A stretch of DNA of 40,702 nucleotides from assembly GCA_964609315.1 (NCBI GenBank), contig CAZSRG010000003.1, forward strand, positions 2,902 through 43,603, given 5' to 3'. The stretch comes from an uncultured Planctomycetia bacterium. GTDB taxonomy: Bacteria; Omnitrophota; Gorgyraeia; Duberdicusellales; Duberdicusellaceae. Shown here piece after piece: positions 26,841 to 35,616 of the stretch. The notes under the pieces are model-generated. The model saw only the letters and a list, made by a program, of their open reading frames with translations, was not told the DNA's origin and made no database searches. A program made the translations under genes and the position numbers. Position 1 is the stretch's first letter. Each line of letters starts with the position of its first letter.

Positions 26841-26905
26841 ACCCCGCCCCGATTATGATATCGGGGCTGCTCTAACCGGCCTGCTTTGAGTATTTCCTTC
26901 AAACG
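26841..26905 (-). other. tRNA-derived structured fragment A, immediately 3' of tRNA-CAU
   Basis: On the minus strand: TTTGA-AGGAAATAC-TCAAA hairpin, then GCAGGCCGGTTAGAGCAG (identical to the tRNA D-arm segment), then CCCCGAT-ATCATA-ATCGGGG hairpin. It is homologous to 27247-27312. Confidence 0.6.
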
Positions 26906-26979
26906 TGGGCCCGCAGGGACTCGAACCCCGGACCAATTGATTATGAGTCAACTGCTCTAACCGACTGAGCTACGGGCCC
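26906..26979 (-). tRNA. tRNA with CAU anticodon (elongator Met or lysidine-dependent Ile2)
   Basis: Hand-folded 74-nt cloverleaf: GGGCCCG-TA-GCTC-AGTCGGTTA-GAGC-A-GTTGA-CTCATAA-TCAAT-TGGTC-CGGGG-TTCGAGT-CCCTG-CGGGCCC-A. Initiator features are absent and no CCA is encoded. Confidence 0.85.
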
Positions 26980-26984
26980 TAGAT

Positions 26985-27236
26985 TTATCTGCCCACACTC
27001 TCAATAATCTGTTCAATAATATGACGACTCTTGAATCGTTTTAACTTCCGTTCTATTTCCCTCGCTTCAGTTAAACTATCGACTTCTTGGAAAAAAACAA
27101 GTCCTATCGGCAACATACGCCTTGTTGAATAAACCAATCCCTCTTTGTGCTGCCATAATCTCCTGTTAACATCTGAAATGCTGCCAATATAATATCTGTC
27201 ATCCCGATTACTTTTCAAAATATACACATATCCCAT
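26985..27236 (-). CDS. Small GIY-YIG nuclease-family protein (COG2827/URI-like)
   Basis: Sequence MGYVYILKSNRDDRYYIGSISDVNRRLWQHKEG...EAREIERKLK. I moved the start to the ATG at 27236, because the 11 upstream codons in the track translate the tRNA-like fragment. No clear Shine-Dalgarno sequence is present. Confidence 0.75.
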   Translation of the reverse strand: MGYVYILKSNRDDRYYIGSISDVNRRLWQHKEGLVYSTRRMLPIGLVFFQEVDSLTEAREIERKLKRFKSRHIIEQIIESVGR

Positions 27237-27246
27237 TTGTAAACAT

Positions 27247-27331
27247 AACCCCGGACCAAACCCGATCATGACATCGGGGCTGGTCTAACCGGCCTGTCCC
27301 AAGTATTCCCTCGGGGCTGAGCTATGGGCCC
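27247..27331 (-). pseudogene. Truncated, diverged tRNA 5' copy (fragment B) with a 25-nt D-loop insertion
   Basis: On the minus strand: GGGCCCATAGCTCAG-[CCCCGAGGGAATACTTGGGACAGGC]-CGGTTAGACCAG-CCCCGATGTCATGATCGGG-TTTGGTCCGGGGTT. It stops in the T-stem exactly where the GIY-YIG cassette starts. Confidence 0.6.
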
Positions 27332-27483
27332 GATATGGCAAATGGCGGATAGCTTATGGCTAATACTAATACCAAATCTTTGTAATCACAATCCAATCTC
27401 TGCAATCAGAGGCTGTTGTATTCTTCAACGGTCTCATAATCCTAAAAATTATAACAAAGATTATAATTATATCAAGATTTATA

Positions 27484-27712
27484 TTAACCCAAATATTCAC
27501 CCGAATAATGCGGTTAGCATTATTTACCCGCCTGTGCCCGTAAGGGTATAAGAGTATAAGGGTAAAAGGCCGGGGAGACCTAAGGGAAAAATGCTGTGCA
27601 CTTTTTAGTACAGTTTTTGCTTAGTGCAACTATTTAGGCTGCCAAGTGTTATAAACATTTCGCACTTTCAAGTGCGAAGCCTGCCCTTAGGGTACAGCAT
27701 TTTCCCGGTTAA
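27484..27712 (-). mobile_element. TTAA-flanked MITE-like element, copy 2
   Basis: It has the same ends and core as copy 1 and lacks about 45 nt of the left-hand hairpin region. Confidence 0.75.
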
Positions 27713-27750
27713 TCCGAGATTGAGCTGTCAACGCAGATGTATGACTAAAA

Positions 27751-29349
27751 TTACGAGGAAAATCTGCAGGTAATAGGCATACGCCGGTCTTTGCCGAAAG
27801 ATTTGGGAGTAATTTTTATCCCCGGCGGAGACTGCCTGCGTTTATATTCATTCCTATCTACCATAGAAAGAATCTTCCGGACAACCTTCGGATCAAACCC
27901 CTTCTTAATAATATCTCTGCGGCATTCGTCTTTTTCAATATACAGTTTAAGTATTTTATCAAGCAAAGGATAAGGAGCCAGCTCGTCTTCATCTTTCTGG
28001 TTAGGTTTGAGCTCTGCCGAAGGAGGGCGCTTTATAATTGACTGGGGAATAACCTTTTTCCGGTTAATTTTGTTAATAAACGATGCTAATTTATAAACTT
28101 TGGTTTTATATACATCTTTAAGGACTCCAAACCCTCCTACCATATCTCCATATAGAGTACAGTAACCCACAGAGACCTCGCTCTTATTTCCGGTGTTAAG
28201 TACTAAGTACCCTTCCTGATTTGAGAAAGACATAAGGATATTCCCTCTTATCCTTGCCTGAAGATTCTGAGCCGCTAAGCTGAACCCGCTAAAATGAGAA
28301 AAAGATGACAACTCCTTTGTAAAAGAATCATAAATATTATTAATAGAAATAACACAGTTCTTGACTCCCAAATTCCCGCAGACTTTAACCGCGTCAGATA
28401 AGGTCTCTTTAGATGTATACTGTGAAGGCATAATTACGCCTAAGACATTCTCTCTGCCTAAAGCAGCTTTAGCAATAGCCAAAGTAAGAGCGGAATCAAT
28501 CCCTCCGCTTACGCCCACTACAACTTTCTCAAAGTTATTCTTTGAAACATAATCTTTAACCCCCAAAACCAAAGCCCTGTAGATGTCTTCAACTGTATTA
28601 TGCCTTAATTTAACCGGGCGGTATTTCTTCTGAGTATCAAAGATTATAAGGTCTTCAGAAAAACGCCTGCCCTGAATAATAGTTTTACCTTGAGGATTAA
28701 TAACCATGCTTGTTCCGTCAAAAATTAGTTCATCCTGAGCGCCGGCCAAATTACAATAGAGAATAAAGCTGTTCATCTTCTTTGCCCTGCCGGCCAGGAG
28801 ACTTTTACGCAGGCTGAGTTTTCCCGAATAGAAAGGCGACGCGGAAAGGTTAACTACTAAATCAGGATTTTCCCTCTTCAGGCCGGAGACAACAGTTTCA
28901 CCCCAAATATCCTCACAAATAGTAAGGCCTATCTTTATATCTTCATCAACATAAACGGTAATATCTTTCCCGGGATGAAAATACCTCTTCTCATCAAAAA
29001 CGCCGTAATTAGGAAGGAGTATCTTTGAATAAACGTCTCTTACCTTCCCTCCTGATAAAACTCCCGCTGAGTTAAAGGCTCTCTCCTCACTCTGATAAAC
29101 AAAACCCGCGATAACAACCATTCTCCCTCTAACTTCCCGGGAAAGTCTATTTATATATTTACGGTTAGCTTTAATAAAAGATGGTTTAAACAATAAATCC
29201 TCAGGAGGGTATCCGCAGAGAGAAAGTTCAGGAAAGATTAGAAGGCTTATGCCTTTTCTTAAAGATTCTTTTATAATCTTTCTCATCTTAGAAAAATTAT
29301 ATTCGAAATCTCCGACAACAGGATTAATCTGAGCCAGCGCTATTTTCAT
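27751..29349 (-). CDS. nadE: Glutamine-dependent NAD+ synthetase
   Basis: N-terminal CN-hydrolase domain (MKIALAQINP, FPEL, TICEDIW) and a C-terminal PP-loop domain (GVSGGIDSA). I set the start at the ATG at 29349. Confidence 0.9.
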   Translation of the reverse strand: MKIALAQINPVVGDFEYNFSKMRKIIKESLRKGISLLIFPELSLCGYPPEDLLFKPSFIKANRKYINRLSREVRGRMVVIAGFVYQSEERAFNSAGVLSGGKVRDVYSKILLPNYGVFDEKRYFHPGKDITVYVDEDIKIGLTICEDIWGETVVSGLKRENPDLVVNLSASPFYSGKLSLRKSLLAGRAKKMNSFILYCNLAGAQDELIFDGTSMVINPQGKTIIQGRRFSEDLIIFDTQKKYRPVKLRHNTVEDIYRALVLGVKDYVSKNNFEKVVVGVSGGIDSALTLAIAKAALGRENVLGVIMPSQYTSKETLSDAVKVCGNLGVKNCVISINNIYDSFTKELSSFSHFSGFSLAAQNLQARIRGNILMSFSNQEGYLVLNTGNKSEVSVGYCTLYGDMVGGFGVLKDVYKTKVYKLASFINKINRKKVIPQSIIKRPPSAELKPNQKDEDELAPYPLLDKILKLYIEKDECRRDIIKKGFDPKVVRKILSMVDRNEYKRRQSPPGIKITPKSFGKDRRMPITCRFSS

Positions 29350-29401
29350 AATCCAATCTTTTCTATTTTTTAGCCAGACAGAATTCGGTATCAAAAAAAT
29401 A

Positions 29402-30157
29402 CTATTTCTTCCCGGCCGCTATAAATTTCTTAATAAAGAAAATACCAGATACACCTATCAAAAATAAAGAAATCCACTGAGATACAGAAAAAATACCCCA
29501 ATACCCTCTCGGATCGCCGCGGTAGAACTCAATGATAAACCTGAACAGCCCATAGAGGAATAAGTAAGAGAGAAAAACCTGGCCTTCAAACTTTTTCCTG
29601 TCTCTCACGAAAAGAAGAAGGAAAAAGATAACTAACAAAAAGAAAGACGAAATCAACTGGGTAGGAATAACCGGTTCTCCGATTCCGGCAGGAGAACCGG
29701 CAGGAAAGACCATGCCTATAAATGAAGATGTGGGCTTACCGTAACAACAGCCGTAAGAAAAACAGCCCAGCCTTCCCAAAGAATGGCCTAAGGCAACAGC
29801 AGGAGCTATCAAATCCAAGACAGTTAGCGCCGGCAATTTATTCCTTTGGACAAAAATCCATCCGGCAAGCCCTCCTCCTATAAGCCCGCCGTAAAACACA
29901 AACCCGCTTCTGGAAAAAATAAGAGCCATCGGCGCCTGGATAAAATAATCCCAGTTTATTAAAATATAAAATACCCTCGCGGTGATAAAACCCGAAGCCA
30001 AAGATACAAACAACAAATCCGATATCTTGTTTGCCGAAATGCCGCAGCGGGAAGATCCTTTTAAAGAAAACAAGTACCCGGCAATAACTCCCAAAGACAC
30101 GAACAGCCCGTAAGTAGCAATGGTAACAGGGCCTATCTTAAACAATACCGGATGCAT
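29402..30157 (-). CDS. lgt: Prolipoprotein diacylglyceryl transferase
   Basis: Polytopic membrane protein with LGRLGCFSYGCCYGKP and FRFIIEFYRGD. Confidence 0.9.
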   Translation of the reverse strand: MHPVLFKIGPVTIATYGLFVSLGVIAGYLFSLKGSSRCGISANKISDLLFVSLASGFITARVFYILINWDYFIQAPMALIFSRSGFVFYGGLIGGGLAGWIFVQRNKLPALTVLDLIAPAVALGHSLGRLGCFSYGCCYGKPTSSFIGMVFPAGSPAGIGEPVIPTQLISSFFLLVIFFLLLFVRDRKKFEGQVFLSYLFLYGLFRFIIEFYRGDPRGYWGIFSVSQWISLFLIGVSGIFFIKKFIAAGKK

Positions 30158-30159
30158 AA

Positions 30160-31710
30160 CTACCTCCTTTTATGAACCTGAGTTATTTGCAAAAAAGACT
30201 GGAGCCTGCGGGAACGGATAGGATGCCGGAGTTTTCTTAAAGCTTTAGCCTCGATTTGGCGGATCCTCTCCCGGGTAACTTTAAAAAGGCTGCCGACCTC
30301 TTCCAGGGTTTTGGAACTCCCGTCATCAAGCCCGAAACGAAGTATCAGGATCTTTCTCTCTCGGTCAGTCAAAGTATCTAACGCGCTGTTTATCTCTTCT
30401 TTCAGCATAGAATAGACTGTAGCATTGGCCGGAGAAACCGCTTTTTTATCCTCAATAAAATCGCCTAAATGAGTATCTCCTTCATCGCCAATAGGAGTAT
30501 GCAGAGATATAGGCTGCTGGGCAATATTAAGAATTTCTTTTATTTTATGAGCAGGGACTTTCATAGATTTTGAAAGCTCATCAGTATTAGGCTCTCTCCC
30601 CTTTTCCTGAATAAACAGCCTGGATATCCTTATTATCTTATTTATGGTTTCAGTCATATGCACCGGTATCCGTATGGTCCTGGCCTGGTCGGCAATAGCC
30701 CTGGTAATAGCCTGTCTAATCCACCAGGTGGCATAAGTAGAGAACTTATACCCTCTCTTATACTCAAACTTATCTACCGCCTTAATGAGGCCGATATTCC
30801 CTTCCTGAATAAGGTCAAGAAAAGTTAACCCTCTGTTGACATACCTTTTAGCAATACTTACCACTAAACGAAGATTAGCCTCAACTAATTCCTTCTTAGC
30901 CCGGTTATAGGCATGCTGCCGGTGAAGAATATCCTTATACAAAGACAGCATTTCAGCATACGGCTTTCCAAAAACAGCTATTTCTTCTTTCCTCTCTATG
31001 TACAGCCGGCCTATCCCTTTTAGGCTTTTATTCTTACGTTTACGTTTATTTTTTTCCTTAATCTTTTTTATTTTCTTTTCAACCAAGGAAAGCCTTTTTA
31101 AATGAAGGCGTATTCTCTGAATAATCTGTTCAACTATTGGAATCGTAAAATTGTAGCTCATCAAAAGGGAAGGATCAAAAATCTTCTTACGAGTATGCCT
31201 CAATCGATGAGTTAAACGTTTAATCTTCCTAAGCTCAGCCCCTTTAGACTTTATCTCTCCTTTTATCACATCATCCATATTGACTTCATCATTAATAATG
31301 CTGTTAGCTAAGGTAAGGATCTCTTTCCTGGCAAGCTGAGTAGTAAAGACTATCTCCCTTAAAGCAGTTTCCCTATCTTCTATCTCCCTGGCAATGGTAA
31401 GCTCCTCCTCCCTTGATAAAAGAGGGATCTGGCCCATTTGTTTCAAATACATTTTTACCGGGTCATCCAACGGAGTTGATGACTGCGTGCCGGACGGTTT
31501 ATTTTCAACGTTTTTTTCCCAAACAGAAGCTTCTTCAATATCTAAGACTCTTATATTATAAGAATCCAGTTTTTCTATAATAACATCTAACTCATCAGGA
31601 GAAGAAATGTCTTCGGAAAGAAAGTGGTTAATCTCGTCATAAGTTAAGTAGCCCTTTTTCTTACCTAATACTTTGAGCTGGTCAATATACTGCTTTACCT
31701 GTTTCCTCAT
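30160..31710 (-). CDS. rpoD: Primary RNA polymerase sigma factor (sigma-70)
   Basis: Motifs [82 protein letters not shown] and [31 protein letters not shown] set the start at the ATG at 31710. Confidence 0.95.
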   Translation of the reverse strand: MRKQVKQYIDQLKVLGKKKGYLTYDEINHFLSEDISSPDELDVIIEKLDSYNIRVLDIEEASVWEKNVENKPSGTQSSTPLDDPVKMYLKQMGQIPLLSREEELTIAREIEDRETALREIVFTTQLARKEILTLANSIINDEVNMDDVIKGEIKSKGAELRKIKRLTHRLRHTRKKIFDPSLLMSYNFTIPIVEQIIQRIRLHLKRLSLVEKKIKKIKEKNKRKRKNKSLKGIGRLYIERKEEIAVFGKPYAEMLSLYKDILHRQHAYNRAKKELVEANLRLVVSIAKRYVNRGLTFLDLIQEGNIGLIKAVDKFEYKRGYKFSTYATWWIRQAITRAIADQARTIRIPVHMTETINKIIRISRLFIQEKGREPNTDELSKSMKVPAHKIKEILNIAQQPISLHTPIGDEGDTHLGDFIEDKKAVSPANATVYSMLKEEINSALDTLTDRERKILILRFGLDDGSSKTLEEVGSLFKVTRERIRQIEAKALRKLRHPIRSRRLQSFLQITQVHKRR

Positions 31711-31711
31711 T

Positions 31712-31933
31712 TTATTTATCCTTTTTTTCTTTAACGGGGTCAGGTCTCCACATTTGACATTCTGTTTCAAGGCCAGCCCCTGCAATATTTTTATATGCAC
31801 CAAATATATTTAACCTATTATATGAACAAATTGTTACGAGATACCAACCATTGTTTGAATAATCGTATGCTTTTAAACGACCCCGTGATTTTCGGATTAA
31901 TATTTTTGTCATTTTATCTTTTGTATCGGACAA
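31712..31933 (-). pseudogene. Degenerate REP-associated tyrosine transposase (RAYT / IS200-like Y1) fragment
   Basis: The N-terminal [32 protein letters not shown] matches the RAYT signature (R.KGYDYS..G.YFVT.CT..R...FG). The HUH and catalytic Tyr regions are missing, and a VGAGL-like remnant (IAGAGLE) follows directly. Confidence 0.55.
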
Positions 31934-31986
31934 GTCACGACCTGTCCCTACATATTTTTTTTAATCTCTTATTTACTATCAGCCAT

Positions 31987-32020
31987 GCCTGCCCGCCAAA
32001 GCTTTAGCGTAGGCGGGAGC
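31987..32020. repeat. AAGCTT-centred REP-like palindrome next to the RAYT remnant
   Basis: GCCTGCCCGCC-AAAGCTTTAGCGT-AGGCGGGAGC. Related copies are at 12387-12417, 25020-25074 and 37078-37110. Confidence 0.65.
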
Positions 32021-32033
32021 CATCGGCTATGAG

Positions 32034-33806
32034 CTAATTTGATTTAGTCCTTCCGTTATCTACCCCTTGTTTTTCTCCTTTAACAATCTTTTCAAACTCA
32101 GACATCAACCCTGATAAACGGGCAGTATCATTCAAAGATTCCGCTCTTTGTATCTCTTCTTTTAGAACACGTTTCTTTTCCTTCCGAAAACTGTTTCTCA
32201 CTATATTGATACTCTCTTTCAAAGAATTTTCATCAGGAGAGAAATCCTCAAAAGTAAGTTCGGAAACCTTATTAGCAGCCTCCTCAGGAAGACGCGATAA
32301 AAACATGTTTAAGTCAAAACCCCCTTGATTCTCAAAAAAACGGTATATTTCTTCAACTATTACTTTTAAATACTGCACGGTAAAATCATCAGGAGATACC
32401 GCTTTTTTAACAATCCTGATTATCTCCGGCTCATTCAGCAGGCTTTTTACCACATATTCCTCAGCAAAACTTGTTTTCTTAGGCTTAAAAGATACTGTAT
32501 CCCATGCACTTCTCCTAAAATTCTTTCTGTTAAGCTTATTCAGATCCGCGGCCAAAACCTGTTCGTCAACATGGAGAGCGGCGGATAATTTTCTTAAATA
32601 CTCAAACTTTATTACCTCGCTTCCGAACTTGTTTACTGTAAGAAGCATCTCGCCTGCCGCTTTTGCTTTTTCTGCAGGGCTGGACAAATCGGCATTCTCC
32701 CTTAAAAGCCTGAGTTTATAGGAAAAGAAATCTTCCGCTTTCTCGATAAAACTCAAGAAAGCATCCCTCCCTTTATCCCTGACAAAACTGTCGGGATCTG
32801 TCCCTGAAGGAAGGGTAACCGCTTTAATATTCAGCCCTTCCTCAATCATTAAATCTATAGCCCTGAGGCTGGAGATCTTACCGGCATTATCGGGATCAAA
32901 AACGAGGACAACATTATTAGTATACCTTTTCACTATCTTTATTTGTTCAGGAGTCAAGGCCGTCCCCAAAGAAGCTACAATATTTTTAACTCCTTCCTGA
33001 AAAGGAAGAATCATATCCAAATACCCTTCTACGATAATACAATAATCTCTTTTTACTATTTCCTCTTTAGACAAATGCATGCCGAAAAGAATCCTCCCTT
33101 TATGGTAAAGAAGGCTTTCAGGTGTATTGATATATTTAGGCTGGTTTTTATCTTCGGTTATTCTCCTCGCCCCAAATCCTACAACCCGGGATTTAACATC
33201 GCAGATAGGAAAAACTATCCTTTGCCGGAACAAATCAATAAAATTACCGTTTCTAAAAGAAGAAACTATCCCTAATTTCTCTATAAGAGAAAGGCTAACC
33301 CCCTTTGCCCTTACATATTCCAATGTTGTCCTAAATCCGGGTAAAGCAAATCCGATTTTAAATGTTTTTATGGTCTCATCCTTTATCCCCCTCCTTCTTA
33401 AATGGTCTAAAGCCGGCCGGGCCTCCGCGGTAAAAAGATTGCCATGGTAATACGAACAAATATCCTGATTTACCTTATACCCCTCCGCTTTCTGAGAATC
33501 CATAGGGGATATACGTTTAGGAACAACTATCCCTGCCCGTTTAGCCAGCATTTCCACAGCCTCCGGGAAAGACACTTTTTCATACTGCATAAGAAACTGG
33601 AAAACACCTCCTCCAGCACCGCAGCCAAAGCAATGAAAAATCTGGCGGCTGGAGTTGACAAAAAAAGACGGCGTCTTTTCCGAATGAAAAGGGCACAACG
33701 CCCGAAAGTTTCTGCCGCTTTTTTTCAGAGGAATATAAGAAGATATGACTTCTACTATATCAGTCCTTTCCTGAACCTGATCAATTATTTCCTGAGGGAT
33801 AGCCAT
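32034..33806 (-). CDS. dnaG: DNA primase
   Basis: Zinc finger CPFHSEKTPSFFV..FHCFGCGAGG, an RNA polymerase core, and TOPRIM (IIVEGYLDM, DPDNAG). Confidence 0.95.
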   Translation of the reverse strand: MAIPQEIIDQVQERTDIVEVISSYIPLKKSGRNFRALCPFHSEKTPSFFVNSSRQIFHCFGCGAGGGVFQFLMQYEKVSFPEAVEMLAKRAGIVVPKRISPMDSQKAEGYKVNQDICSYYHGNLFTAEARPALDHLRRRGIKDETIKTFKIGFALPGFRTTLEYVRAKGVSLSLIEKLGIVSSFRNGNFIDLFRQRIVFPICDVKSRVVGFGARRITEDKNQPKYINTPESLLYHKGRILFGMHLSKEEIVKRDYCIIVEGYLDMILPFQEGVKNIVASLGTALTPEQIKIVKRYTNNVVLVFDPDNAGKISSLRAIDLMIEEGLNIKAVTLPSGTDPDSFVRDKGRDAFLSFIEKAEDFFSYKLRLLRENADLSSPAEKAKAAGEMLLTVNKFGSEVIKFEYLRKLSAALHVDEQVLAADLNKLNRKNFRRSAWDTVSFKPKKTSFAEEYVVKSLLNEPEIIRIVKKAVSPDDFTVQYLKVIVEEIYRFFENQGGFDLNMFLSRLPEEAANKVSELTFEDFSPDENSLKESINIVRNSFRKEKKRVLKEEIQRAESLNDTARLSGLMSEFEKIVKGEKQGVDNGRTKSN

Positions 33807-33871
33807 ATTTTGAATATCTTTATCAAGCTTATAGACAAAGGCATCCGGTTAAAAACAACTCAATCTCTTTA

Positions 33872-33937
33872 CCCCGTTAGAGAAAGCCACAGTCGCCGCC
33901 CCGTTAGAAAAGTCCTTTCTAACGGGGCTAACGGGGT
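33872..33937. repeat. Nested double hairpin built from CCCCGTTAGA(AA) arms
   Basis: The inner stem is a perfect 12 bp (33899-33910 / 33916-33927, loop AGTCC). The outer arms are CCCCGTTAG (33872-33880) and CTAACGGGG (33929-33937). No U-tract follows. Confidence 0.75.
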
Positions 33938-33950
33938 TTACCCGCGGGAC

Positions 33951-34910
33951 TTACTTAGCGTGAGAAAAGCGCTTAAAGCCGGAACAAGACAAGACTTCAA
34001 ACTTGTGCTTTGCCTGAATCTTATCCAACAAGCAGTTTACCCCCAAATTATCAGAAGCAATATGCCCGGCCATAACAATATTGAGATTGGCTTCTTTTGC
34101 CGCCTGAAAATGCTGTTCTGACAAATGCATAGCAATAATTGTATCAACACCTGAATTGGAAAGCTTTTGATAAATTTCTTTAGGCCCTTCTGTCCCTCCG
34201 GTGAATTCATAATGCAATTTCTTTACCCGGGAAGATTTCCTCCCGTTTATGATCTTTGGCGGACAGTTCTCGGAAGCAGAATACTGGTATTCCGGTATTT
34301 CCAGTAAAGCATCAATAATATCTCCTAATACCTTTGGCCTATGTTTTAAAAAAAGCTGTTTCAGGAAATTATAAGCTAAATTGTCAGCCGGAGTATGCAT
34401 ACACATAGTGCTTAAGTTTAGAAGCAAAGCCGCGTCCCTGGTTTTGGAAAAATTAGCGGCGGATATCTTTCTTTCGACTTCGCCTTTACGCTGTAAAAGC
34501 AGATTTTCAGAAGCGCTAAGAGAGACCCCCTGCTGAGCAAAAACATCTACCTGAAGATCCATAACCCCATAAAACTGGACAAGGGCTTTGCCCATAGGAT
34601 GGTGAGACAAAACCAAATCTATTTTCTCCCCCCGCTTATTGAGAGTATCAGCTAAAAGAAGTTCCGAAGTATCAATATCAATACCCGCAAGTATCTTCTT
34701 TATTTCTTTCTGGAGACTTCCGGAAAGAATACGGGTATCATAAAAAGGATTAAATAGACTATCCTTATCGAAATACTTCTTCTCTTTTTCTGACAGTTTC
34801 TGATAAGATTTCTTTACTTCCTCCAACTGACGGCTGATTTCTTTACTTCCGCGGGGGTCGTTCTCAATTCCGTTCTTAACGACTAATTCATAAAACTCCT
34901 TAAACTTCAT
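33951..34910 (-). CDS. NIF3/DUF34-like dinuclear-metal family protein (tentative)
   Basis: 319 aa with SHHP and AGHIASD motifs resembling NIF3 metal ligands. Its position next to dnaG-rpoD resembles the sigA-region yqfO context in Firmicutes. The assignment is by resemblance only. Confidence 0.5.
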   Translation of the reverse strand: MKFKEFYELVVKNGIENDPRGSKEISRQLEEVKKSYQKLSEKEKKYFDKDSLFNPFYDTRILSGSLQKEIKKILAGIDIDTSELLLADTLNKRGEKIDLVLSHHPMGKALVQFYGVMDLQVDVFAQQGVSLSASENLLLQRKGEVERKISAANFSKTRDAALLLNLSTMCMHTPADNLAYNFLKQLFLKHRPKVLGDIIDALLEIPEYQYSASENCPPKIINGRKSSRVKKLHYEFTGGTEGPKEIYQKLSNSGVDTIIAMHLSEQHFQAAKEANLNIVMAGHIASDNLGVNCLLDKIQAKHKFEVLSCSGFKRFSHAK

Positions 34911-34962
34911 CTTTTTCTCCTTTTTTGGGGGACGTTTTTGGGGACGGGTTCAGGGGACTGGG

Positions 34963-34996
34963 GACGGGTTCACATTTTATAAAATGTGAACCCGTC
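34963..34996. repeat. Perfect 34-bp palindrome centred on the cvpA stop codon
   Basis: GACGGGTTCACATTTTA|TAAAATGTGAACCCGTC. It is flanked by four GGGGAC words (34927-34965) and mirrored GTCCCC/GTCTCC words (34994-35026). Confidence 0.9.
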
Positions 34997-35504
34997 TCCG
35001 GTCCCCGGTCACCAATCCCCGTCCCCAGTTATAAACCGCGGGAGCAGCTTTTCTCAATAAAGGAAAACTTAAAGAACCCGTAAGACTCCTGTTAACGTAA
35101 TCTATGTCAGCCAAAGAAGCTAAAAAGAATATGGTACTTATTAAAAGTATACTGCGCGCAATTCCAAGGGCGAGAGATACCCAGCGGTCAATAATATCAT
35201 GGGGTTCAATTTTGAAAAGCAGAGTAACAAGGACTCTCAAATAACGGGCAAGAATATATAAAAAGATAAACATAGACAGAAAACTTATTATCTCTGAAAA
35301 TTTGCTGTTTAGAAAAGACAGGTGAGAAGAAAAGAAACCGCCTAAATTCTTATAGAAACAGAACGAGAAAAACAATCCGGCAAGAATACCTAAAATCTTA
35401 AAAGATTCCGCAACAAACCCGTTTTTAACAGCTATAAAACAGACTCTCAGAGAAATAATGAAAGCTATTATATCTACCCAATTAAAATTAAAAGGAGTAT
35501 CCAT
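34977..35504 (-). CDS. cvpA: CvpA-family membrane protein
   Basis: 175 aa with four predicted TM helices and a CvpA-like N-terminus (NWVDIIAFIISLRVCFIAVKNGF). The last ~20 codons are encoded by the palindrome and word-repeat region. Confidence 0.7.
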   Translation of the reverse strand: MDTPFNFNWVDIIAFIISLRVCFIAVKNGFVAESFKILGILAGLFFSFCFYKNLGGFFSSHLSFLNSKFSEIISFLSMFIFLYILARYLRVLVTLLFKIEPHDIIDRWVSLALGIARSILLISTIFFLASLADIDYVNRSLTGSLSFPLLRKAAPAVYNWGRGLVTGDRRRVHIL

Positions 35505-35616
35505 ATATAACTATAAACTTAAGAAAAAATCCTCGTTCTAAAATGCTAAAAAAACAGCCAAAGGGGTAAAGCTTCCCCTTAAAAAATCAACCCCTTAAAC
35601 ACGCTTAATGACCAAG

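Noticed and set aside
26906-27331. Group I intron with a GIY-YIG homing endonuclease inside a tRNA
   Set aside because: The interruption is in the T-stem rather than the anticodon loop. The ORF fills nearly the whole interval, leaving no room for intron core helices. A complete tRNA, not just a 3' exon, follows.
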